This document shows, one piece after another, positions 33,267 through 42,824 of a stretch of DNA of 64,000 bases (positions are counted from its first letter, which is position 1; the number at the start of each line of letters is the position of its first letter). The position numbers and the translations under genes are program-made. This DNA is from Anthoceros angustus. Its lineage: Eukaryota; Plantae; Anthocerotophyta. Under the pieces are notes generated by a model. The model made no database searches and was not told the DNA's origin. It was given only the letters and a program-made list of their open reading frames with translations. The stretch is taken from NCBI GenBank assembly GCA_010909165.1, contig VJWM01000011.1, positions 1,426,001 through 1,490,000 on the forward strand, in the 5' to 3' direction.

Positions 33267-35334
33267 ATGGGGGAGCGGGAGAATACACAGTCTCAAATTG
33301 CAGCACTGCATTCGTTGCTGGAGGATGCCGGGGCTGTGCAAAGGAGGTTCCTGGAAGGCTTGTTGCATCAGCACACGGGATGCGAGTACCTGAACAGGCT
33401 TGGTGTGGACGGCAGCACTGACGTGACTGTGTTCAAACAACGGGTGCCCATCATCGAGTACGATGCAGTGGAGAAGGATATTCAGAGGCTCCTGCGAGGG
33501 GACACTTCCAACATCCTTTGCTGCGAAAAGACCACCGAGTTCTTTGTCAGGTGCAACCTCTGCCAATGCCAAATGCAAAAACTGAGAATGCCTCCAGACT
33601 GGAGTCTAGAGCAGTATTTGCTGCGAGGCTTACCAAACTTGCTGTGGATGAATCCTGTCCATGTATGTGCAGCTCAGGGACGTCCTCTGGCAAGAGCAAG
33701 TACTTCCCGACTACGGAGTCCGCGACCCGGATCACCTTCAGGGTGTTGTACTACATGACCCTTGCTTTTAAGATGTAAGCGCACCTGAGAGCCTCGAACC
33801 TTTGTGTGTGTGCTTCCATCTGCTCAGAATTTGCTGGGTTTCACTCCGCTGTTGCAATGTTCACCGTGAACGACATCCAGGAGCCGTTTCGGGGAGGGAG
33901 CGCGTGCTGGTCTCCGCCTGCCACTGATGTTCGTTACAAAGCAAACCACGAGTCCAGGTGGCCTGCCTGTGGGGACTTCTGTCACATCCACCCTCAAGAA
34001 TCCTTTGTTCAGGCAAAGGCGACGAGATGCTTCTCCAGAGTTCTCCAGCCCAGATGAAGTCATCTTCTGTGAAGACTACAAGCAAGCCACGTATTGTCAT
34101 TTGCTCTGCGGCTTGCTTCGCTCCTCGGAGGTGAAGGGAATCTCGTCAGGTTTTGCCTCAGCTTTTGTCAGTACCATAGACCTGTTTAAGCGTTACTGGG
34201 AGGAAATCTGCAACGACATAGAACGAGGTGAGCTCAGCAGCAGAATCACAGATGAACCCACTCGAGTAGCCGTTTCCAAGCTCCTGGTCAAGCCCGACCC
34301 AGACCTTGCAAACTCTATCAGAGCGGAATGTTCTAAGGACTGGGCTGGAATTTTACCTCGCCTCTGGCCCAATGTTCGGTACTTGAGTGCTACCACAACG
34401 GGCTCCATGGCCCAGTACGTGGACTACCTCAACTTACTCACTGGAGGCCAGATCCACCTCATTTCTCCTGGTTATGCTTCGTCTGAGGGCTACTTCGCAT
34501 TCAATGCGGAAGTGGACAGTCCACCTGCGGAGGTTGCTTTTGTGATGGTCCCCGATGCTGCCTTCTTCGAGTTCCTGTTGCCAAACCAAGAAGACAGTGA
34601 AGAACCCTTGGAAATCGTGGACCTCACAGCTGTGAAAGAAGGACAGGAGTACGAACTAGTGGTCACCACCTGTTCTGGTAAGAAGCACGCTGCCATATTG
34701 TTTGAGGCGATCACACGCCTCTTCCGCATGGCTATCTCACCAGATGATAATGATGGCAGGTCTGTGGCGCTACCGAATGGGAGACACCCTGCGGTGCGTA
34801 GGATTCTACCACAAGTCCCCCAAGTTCCAGTTTGTGGGTCGGAAGAACGTCATCCTGTCTGTGCACACAGACAAAACTGAAGAGAAGGAACTGCTAGAGG
34901 TTGTTAGTACAGCTGCCAAGTTGCACCTACCGCCGGATATGCGACTGCTGGAGTTTACCAGCTACGTTAACCTATCCACATTGCCAGGACACTACGTCAT
35001 ATTCTGGGCGGTCAGCAGTGATAAGACCTTGGGTGCATCAACCCTACAGGAATGCTGCCTCTACATGGAGGCTGCCCTGAGTGAGCCTTACAGGAGAGGA
35101 CGCAACCAGGGGGCCATTGCTCCACTGGAGCTGAAAATCGTGGAGCCCCAAAGCTTTCACCATATAGTACAGCTTGCTGTGAGCAGGGGCGCTTCTATAG
35201 GGCAGTACAAGACCCCGAGATACTTCAACGCTGGCAGTCCTGCTATCGATGTTCTGGAATCGGCAGTCGTAGAGAGCGCCTTGAGTCCTCGCCCACCTCC
35301 TCACAGCAATCTCAATCCGGCACCTCAAGGATAG
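33267..35334 (+). CDS. GH3: GH3 acyl-acid-amido synthetase 3 (4 exons)
   Basis: EYLNRLGVDGSTDVTVFKQRVPIIEYD, SSGTSSGKSKYFP, ATYCHLLCGL, GYASSEGYFAFN, EGQEYELVVTTCSGLWRYRMGD, QYKTPR. Confidence 0.93.
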
Positions 35335-36050
35335 CAAACTACTGTTCTGCGTATGCTGTCCTGATTTTTGCATGGTACCATAGGCAACCTTGCAACTTAA
35401 GTGTTCCTTGATGTTCATCTTGATCCTATTCCTTGCAAGAGAAGAAGACGAGAAAAACAGACGGATGTGCTACTAGATAGTACACACCCTCAAACACCAG
35501 CCTTGGTTGTGTACCTGCACGAGTGCGAGTACATCTTGCCAAAATGACAACTGCAGTGCAAAACGAGCAAGCAGCAATGCATTGCTATCGAAACTACAAC
35601 TGCAATGCAACACGAGCAATCAACAATTCATTGACCTCCATCCATGAGGATCTGTCTGAAGTCATTTCCCTTGCCTTCGGCCTGCCGAGCCATTTTCAGG
35701 AATGGGCACTTTTACATGGTAAAGCCAGGTAAACGTTTCGTAGTGCACCCACTTTCCCCAGATGCTGTTTTCCAGGGTTTACTCAAGGGAACATCATGTG
35801 ACCTTGAGACCTGCATCATCCAGGTGGATGTTCCCTTGAGTAAGGATGATACACCCAAAGGTTTTCTTTATAAAGCTTGTACAGATTGTCCGCACAAAAA
35901 AAACCGCTGTGAAACAGCTCCAACAATCACACTGCCCTCCTTCAGCCAGGAGGATTCAAGCCGAGAGTGATTCTCCATAGTCAGCTACTCTGGCATTGCT
36001 AAGCTGAAACCTGCTCGGCCCTTCACTCCAAGCTAACCTACAAATCTCTT

Positions 36051-36382
36051 TCATTTCTTGCCAGCATCAATCGTGGGAGTAGCACGAACCACTGTAATCC
36101 ACAAGCAACCAAAAACGGCTCAACACAGATCCCAAACCTACCATCCAAAACCTACACCGTCGGAATCAGCAAAAGGGGAAGAGAACATGAGCACGCACCG
36201 GGCTTCTGTGGAACTCCGTCTTGCCATTTGACGAACTTGTAGTGAACTTGCTCCCGGGTGGCAACCTGCGTCTTGAAAGGCTCCTTCAAGCACTTGCGCA
36301 CCATGGCTGCACATGTGTTGGCGTAGGCCACGTAGGTCATTCCGGCTGCTCGCCAAAACGGCTGTGCTCCCGAGGCAGACAT
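36051..36382 (-). CDS. ATP5F1E: Mitochondrial F1 ATP synthase epsilon subunit (exons 36382-36199 and 36091-36051; 74 aa)
   Basis: [37 protein letters not shown]...[23 protein letters not shown], carrying the family motif [10 protein letters not shown]...CA. Confidence 0.93.
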
Positions 36383-36589
36383 GCTTTCTTCACACCCGCG
36401 CTCCAAAGGTCAAAGCACAGATGCAGACGAAGTCGGCAGCAGATCAGCAGATCAGGGAAGACAAAGCTGCGAGGATGAAGGCGCGCGAAGCGCAGAGACG
36501 GGTTCAATTAACTCTGGTTAACCAGAGCAGCGTTCAGTGCCCCGACGTTGTCCCCCCTTTTAGAAATGCGGGGACATACAGCCGACGAG

Positions 36590-37790
36590 ATGGGTCAAGG
36601 TGCCCGCTTCCCAGTTGAGCTCGCCGCCTAAAGCCTGAACCTGGGAGGCGAGGAGGCTCGAAGGGTGGGAGATGGGCGTCGTAACGGCTGGATCTGTGAG
36701 CGTTATGTGAGCAGGGGAAGCTTTCGGAGGCCGTTGGAGCCCTGGAATCTGTTGCGCAGACAGACTTTTGTTCCACAGGATTTGTGGGGGTGCGCGTGTG
36801 ATTGTTCGGCCTCGGGCTGGCCCAGACCACGGATGCCTTCAGGTTAAGTGGGAGCGATGGTCTCCTGGCTTATTAGCTTCACCTGGATGGTTAGCTGTTT
36901 GCCGGAGCTGAATTCCGTGAGCTGAGGCAACTTGTTTGTTGGTGAACGTGTATTCAAAATGCGGGGGAACTGGAAGATGCACGCAGGATCCCTGCAGGCT
37001 TTTTCATTTGGCGCTGCCTTGGAATCTGGCAGAAAAGTGCACAGTGATGTGGTGCAGAGTGGCATTCGTCCTGACTTGTTTGTTGCGGATTGCCTGGTGG
37101 ACATGTATATCTCGGTATCTGCCCTGATATCTGGGTATGCAAAATGTGGTGAGTTGAAAGATGCCCGCCAGGTGTTTGACACCATGGCCACAAAGGATGT
37201 GGTGACATGGAATGCCCTGATGGCTTGGTATGCAAATGTGGTGAACTGAACGATGCACGCCTGGTTTTTGACCGCATGGCTACATAGGATGTGGTGACAT
37301 GGAATGCCCTGATTGCTTGGTATGCATATGTAGCAAGGAGTCGGCCAACAGGTTATTTTTCTGTGTCGACAATTAACTGGAGCAAGAAGGCCTCGTTTTG
37401 ACCAACCATGCTATTTCTGCTTCCCTTCTGAAGGCCTGTGCAAGCACGGGTGCCTTACAGAAGGACAGGCAGCAGCACTCACAGATTGTGGAAAGAGGAC
37501 TGCTGGATAACGTTCTGGTTGGAAACTGCCTAGTGGACATGTATGCCAAATGTGGTGAACTGTAAGGTGCACGCCAGGTTTTTTGACAGCATGGCCACAA
37601 AGGATGTGGTGACATGGACGGTGCTGATTGCTGGGTATGCAGAATGTGGTGAACTGAAAGATGCAGGCTAGGTGTTTGACAGCATGAACATAAAGAATGT
37701 GGTGACATGGACTGCCCCCATTGCTGGGTATGCACAGCATGGACTCAGCCTAGAGGCTCTTGTTCCGTATGGACAACTTGAGCAGGCCCT
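36590..37790 (+). pseudogene. Degenerate PLS-PPR gene fragment, head-to-head with ATP synthase epsilon
   Basis: GAGATGGGCGTCGTAACGGCT...GGGGAAGCTTTCGGAGGCCGTTGGAGCCCTGGAATC matches 2018-2100. Then GRKVHSDVVQSGIRPDLFVADCLVDMY and several S-like units (GYAKCGELKDARQVFDTMATKDVVTWNAL) with stops and frameshifts. Confidence 0.82.
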
Positions 37791-38689
37791 GGGAGTAGAG
37801 TGGCCAGTGACAGCGACAATGTCCCAGTGACAGCGATAATGTCTCAAGCAGGACAAGCAATAGCAATAGCCATGTGTAAGCCAGGTCGCACCGGGACAGG
37901 GCCATGTAATAGCAGGACAAGGACTGTGTTTGACAAGGACAAGGAACAAAACAAAACAAAACACTAAAACAGTGTTTGACATGTGCACAGAAGAGCATTA
38001 CAGTAAATCCTGGAAAGCCAAGCGAATGCTGGAGACCCGGAGGGTGTGTTGATAGGCAGTACATGGTACTGCGTTGCTGTGACACGTGACATATGTGCAC
38101 AAGTGCCCTCCTCCTACTGGAGTCAGTTTTGGCAGTTTGGATGATCCTGGACAGTGAAGATTGCTGGGTATGCAGAATGTGGTGAACTGAAAGATGCAGG
38201 CTAGGTGTTTGACAGCATGAACATAAAGAATGTGGTGACATGGACTGCCCCCATTGCTGGGTATGCACAGCATGGACTCAGCCTAGAGGCTCTTGTTCCG
38301 TATGGACAACTTGAGCAGGCCCTGGGAGTAGAGTGGCCAGTGACAGCGACAATGTCCCAGTGACAGCGATAATGTCTCAAGCAGGACAATAGCAATAGCC
38401 ATGTGTAAGCCAGGTCGCACCGGGACAGGGCCATGTAATAGCAGGACAAGGACTGTGTTTGACAAGGACAAGGAACAAAACAAAACAAAACACTAAAACA
38501 GTGTTTGACATGTGCACAGAAGAGCATTACAGTAAATCCTGGAAAGCCAAGCGAATGCTGGAGACCCGGAGGGTGTGTTGATAGGCAGTACATGGTACTG
38601 CGTTGCTGTGACACGTGACATATGTGCACAAGTGCCCTCCTCCTACTGGAGTCAGTTTTGGCAGTTTGGATGATCCTGGACAGTGAAGA
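37628..38689. repeat. Tandem duplication, 533 bp + 529 bp, covering the PPR-fragment end and the lipocalin 3' end
   Basis: 37628-38160 is almost identical to 38161-38689 (one 4-bp indel seen). Confidence 0.9.
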
Positions 38690-40108
38690 GGAAAGGATTA
38701 TCGCAGCTAAAGCTGAATCCGAATTCCTCTGCCTTCGCTAACAGGGAGTTGGTCACATCTGGGGACAATGTCGGGGTTCTGGACAGGATGAAGAGGCCGG
38801 TGTCTACCTCCCCTTCGGACAACTGGGTGCACGAGAAGACGACGGCAGCCTGGTAGCCCTGGCTTGCCTTCCCGGTGATGGCCACAACCCAGTATGGTCC
38901 TGACGTGAGCGGCTGTCCAGGGATGGGTAAAAAGACGTTGAGCTTGGCGGGATCCGCGACACTCTGCTCTGCAAATCCAGTGAGGGCGAAGCGCTGCGAC
39001 GGGCTGGAATTGTCCGCTGCCACCAGTTCTTCGGCAACATCCAGGAGCTTTTGGCTCCCCAAAGCGATCTCCACGTCCTGCAAAGTGATGGCCTCTTCTT
39101 GAGCCCAGATCTGGGTACCGGCGAGGGTTAGCAAGAAGGCTGCTTCCGCGTTGCTCGGAGATCCAGCCAGCAGCTTGTTGGCGACCTGCGGCACCCCAAG
39201 TCATGTGAGAAGAGCACTCACTACAGCTGAAACACAGTTGGAGAACAGGAGCTGCGGCGTACCGAGATAATCTGCTTTCGGGCATGTGAGATTTTCTCCA
39301 CAGTCTTCAGAGTTCTTATCACTCCAGTTTCCAAACCCTTGGCAATGTCGGAGAACTCCTTCAAGCTCCCGGCCTTGCTCCCGATTGCCTGGCTCAGCGC
39401 CCCGGCCTGGATGGTAGCTGCCTTCACCTTCTCCGACAGGGGACTGACCAGGTCTTGCAAGGACGCCAGCGCCGCGGAAATGTTGGCAACCGCGGAAGCA
39501 AGAGTCTGGGCGTCCTGGCCGACGAGGCCAGATCTCACCTTTTTCACCTGCGCAACGGCCTGGGAGATGGGCCCGACTGGACCAACCGCGGAGCACAGTG
39601 CGCGGGCTGCAGAACAGATCTCCTGCAGGCTGGCCTGGATCAACGCCACTCCCTGAGAAGCTATCGGGCCCAACACCTGCAAGAGATCACCCACTCCAAG
39701 TCGTCAATCGACATGCTTGCAACTGAACCGAAACAAGGTCTCGCACCTCAAGGTCTCACACGAGGAACCCAATACGTCTTGAATTCGCCAATGTCGTACC
39801 TGAAAGCCCGAATTGACGACGGTGACATTAGCGCCCTGGGTGGGCGTGGGGGCCTCGGCCAGGGTGTAGTTGGCGAAGATGCAGACCAAGCCGGTCTCGG
39901 TGCCCAGCTTGAACCTGGCCGTGCTGCCGATCTCGTACCACTTCCCGACGTACGCAGAGAGATCGAAGCCCCGCACGGTCGGGGGATTCGGGCACGTAGT
40001 GGCCGTGAATGAGGCCGAGCAGTTGGAGGCCGCATAGCCTTCCCCAGGTGCGGCCAGCAGCGCCAGGAATGCAAGGACAGGCAGCCAAGCGGCCAGTGTT
40101 CTCGCCAT
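38652..40108 (-). CDS. Secreted ApoD/Lazarillo-like lipocalin with a ~200-aa helical insertion (exons 40108-39800, 39676-39263, 39185-38652; ~418 aa)
   Basis: Signal peptide MARTLAAWLPVLAFLALLAAPGEG; CPNPPTVRGFDLSAYVGKWYEIG (SCR1); CIFANYTL; then the Ala/Leu/Ser-rich insert; then PAKLNV, PYWVVAI, AVVFSC, LFILSRTPTL (SCR3), ...HPNC. All three exons are in phase 0 with GT-AG introns. Confidence 0.85.
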
Positions 40109-40660
40109 TGTTCTGGGCTGCAACGTTTAGATTACAGAGTCATGTGGCCGGCCCGGCAGCAGCAGCTCGTTTATACGCGAACGAGAACGCCATCGTGGGA
40201 ACGGGGATTCGCACCACATACATGAGCGAGAAGGTGCTTCGACGGTTCCTTTCCGCTTTCCTTCAGGCTGCTGCCATTCGTTGAGCGCGTCTGGAGACGT
40301 TGCGAGCAAGGACAGGTGATGGAAGCTTGGGACTCGGGAATCGGGAGGCCCACAATTGTAATGTGAACAGGGATAAATCACAGCCGTTGGCCGGCGAATT
40401 TCTGGAAGATGCGGAGGTACGTTTTTTTTGTTGTTGAGGGTTGAGGTATTATGGCATACCAAAGAGGACAGTGCGGACGGGGCAATTTTTTTCGCTCGAT
40501 ACCCGTACAACATACCGAAGAGGACAGAGCGGACGGGGCACTTCGAGAAACTTTTTCTTTGTACCACACGGCTTTTTTTATGTCCGGTTTGCTAACCCGA
40601 CCGAAATGAGGTAGCCAAAGGGATCACCAAAGCGGCCACTTCACGAGCACTGGTATACTC

Positions 40661-41695
40661 AAACGGAACTCCCTCGTTTTTCCGCAGTGTGGTTTCCTCG
40701 TGCGCGTGTGCGCGTGCAACGAGGAAACGTTGTGTTCCAGTTTAGGCGTACGCCACGTGGCTGTGGCAAGCCACCGCGGTCGTTTTATGGTGGCCATTGC
40801 GTACGCCACGTGGCTTAGGCAAGCCACCGCGGCCGTTTTATGGTGGCCATTTTCAGGGTTCGTCTTGGAGCAGGGTGGGAGCAGGGTTTAGGGCAGGGGC
40901 GAGGAATGCAGGTTTGGGCGGGGCAGCTAGGGGCGAGGCACGCACGCTGGGAAGGGCGACCAGGGGCAAGCGTCGAGGTGAGTCAAACCACAATGGCTCT
41001 TTGTTTTCAAGTTGCAAGGATTGAAATATTTTCAAGCAACATACACGTTTGGAAGAGAAAGAGTGTATGTCACCTTTGGTGCTTGGCCGCTCTTGGTTAG
41101 GGCGCCTTTGGGGCTTGGCCCCTCTTGGTTAGGGCGCCAAAGCGGACATTGTACGGGTTTCACATGAAAAAAAATGCCCCATCCCCTCTATCCTCTTTGG
41201 TATGCCATAACAATGCGTAGGCATCTTAAAGAATATACCATTGATTCCTGTACGGAGGTGCACCCTCACAACACATGCTGAAATGTTTGCTTTGGCGCCC
41301 TAACCAAGAGCGGCCAAGCACCAAAGGGGACACACTCTTTCTCTTCCAAACGTGTGTGTGCTTGAAAATGTTTCAATCCTTGCAATTGGAAAACAAAGAG
41401 CCACTGTGGTTTGACAGACCTCGACGCCTGCCTGCCTTGCCCCTGGTCACCCCACCCAGCGTGCATGCCTCGCCCCTAGCTGCCCTGCCCAGCCTGCGTT
41501 CCTCGCCCTTGCCCTAAACCCTGCTCCCACCATGCTACAAGATGAACCCTAAAAACAGCCACCACAAAACAGCCTCGGTGGCTTGCCACAGGCACGTGGC
41601 GTACGCCTAAACTGGAACACAACGTCTGAAAAAAAATTTCCTTGTTGCGCGCATGAAGAAACCACACTGCGTAGAAAAAAGGCGGTTCCGTTTGT
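40661..41695. repeat. Long imperfect inverted repeat (arms about 40661-41150 and 41281-41695; spacer about 130 bp)
   Basis: For example GTTGTGTTCCAGTTTAGGCGTACGCCACGTG (~40729) pairs with CACGTGGCGTACGCCTAAACTGGAACACAAC (~41593), and TTGGTGCTTGGCCGCTCTTGGTTAGGGCGCC (~41076) pairs with GGCGCCCTAACCAAGAGCGGCCAAGCACCAA (41294). Confidence 0.9.
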
Positions 41696-42018
41696 GGGTA
41701 CACAACTAGGGTGTGAACCCTAACTATGTTCCGTTTGTGTGTACACAACTAGGTGTGAACCCTAACTATGTTCCGTTTGTGTGTACACAACTAGGTGTGA
41801 ACCCTAACTATGTTCCGTTTGTGTGTACACAACTAGGTGTGAACCCTAATTATGTTCCGTTTGTGTGTACACAACTAGGTGTGAACCGTAACTATGTTCC
41901 ATTTGTGTGTACACAACTAGGTGTGAACCCTAACTATGTTCGGTTTGTGTGTACACAACTAGGTGTGAACCCTAACTATGTTCCGTTTGTGCGGATCACA
42001 ATTAGGGTTCACACCCTA
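41686..42018. repeat. 42-bp minisatellite, 7 copies, closed by an inverted copy of its first 15 bp
   Basis: Unit GGTGTGAACCCTAACTATGTTCCGTTTGTGTGTACACAACTA. GGGTGTGAACCCTAA (41709-41723) and TTAGGGTTCACACCC (42002-42016) are perfect reverse complements, each with an outer TA. Confidence 0.93.
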
Positions 42019-42824
42019 TGGTCAACCATCATGTCTTATAGAAAAGGCATTCCCTTAAATATAAAAAGAACATTCATTTCATATGTGATCAATTAAGTAA
42101 TTTAATATAACATTTCTTTGAATTAGTCTCTTTGATCATGAAAGTTTACTTCATGGTATCATAGCTTGGTAATATATAATAACTTTCTCTTTTAAAAATG
42201 AGTCTTTTTAGAAGAAAAAATTATTTTTTAATTAGATACCAAAATGAATCAATTTTATTTTGAAAATATTTTAAAGGCTGTTCTGAAATTATAGCCTTCC
42301 AAAAGAAATCAAAATTTTCTTAATTTTTATTTTAGAAATAGGCATGATATTATTTTGAATAATAATAAGAAAAAGAAATATAATAATTTAAATTATATTC
42401 AAGAATTAGATAATGAATATCATCTTGACTCTCTAGAAAGAAAGATAGATTCTATCCAATCTAGAATTAATATCTTTATAGAGCATATGGATTTATTCAA
42501 TTATCATATTAGAAATTTAATTTCTGATTTTAATCTAGCAATTAAATCTAACAAAATTGATACCAAGACTCAATCTTAAAGTTCTCATTAAAGTTTTTTT
42601 TTAGGAAGTTGTTTCTTTCTCACTAAACACTTTCTTCATTTAAAAGTTCTCTTCTAATTAGAATTTTAAATCTTCCTTTATTACTAAGGTAACTATTTTT
42701 CATAAACAGACAATTCAACTTGGTTAAGATTAGTTTAGTTAAGATCAGTTAAGATAAGTTAAAATTAATTTTATTTTCTAAGATAGCCTATTTATTTATA
42801 CAAAAAAAAAAGAAAAAAATAAAT

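Noticed and set aside
41709-42003. CRISPR-like array or 14-aa repeat protein (VNPNYVPFVCTQLG)n
   Set aside because: The units abut with no unique spacers, there are no cas genes, and the context is eukaryotic. The ORF is a by-product of a 42-bp unit length.
42355-42579. AT-rich 74-aa ORF suggesting organellar or foreign DNA
   Set aside because: No recognisable motif. It lies in the AT-rich leader just upstream of a Copia gag.
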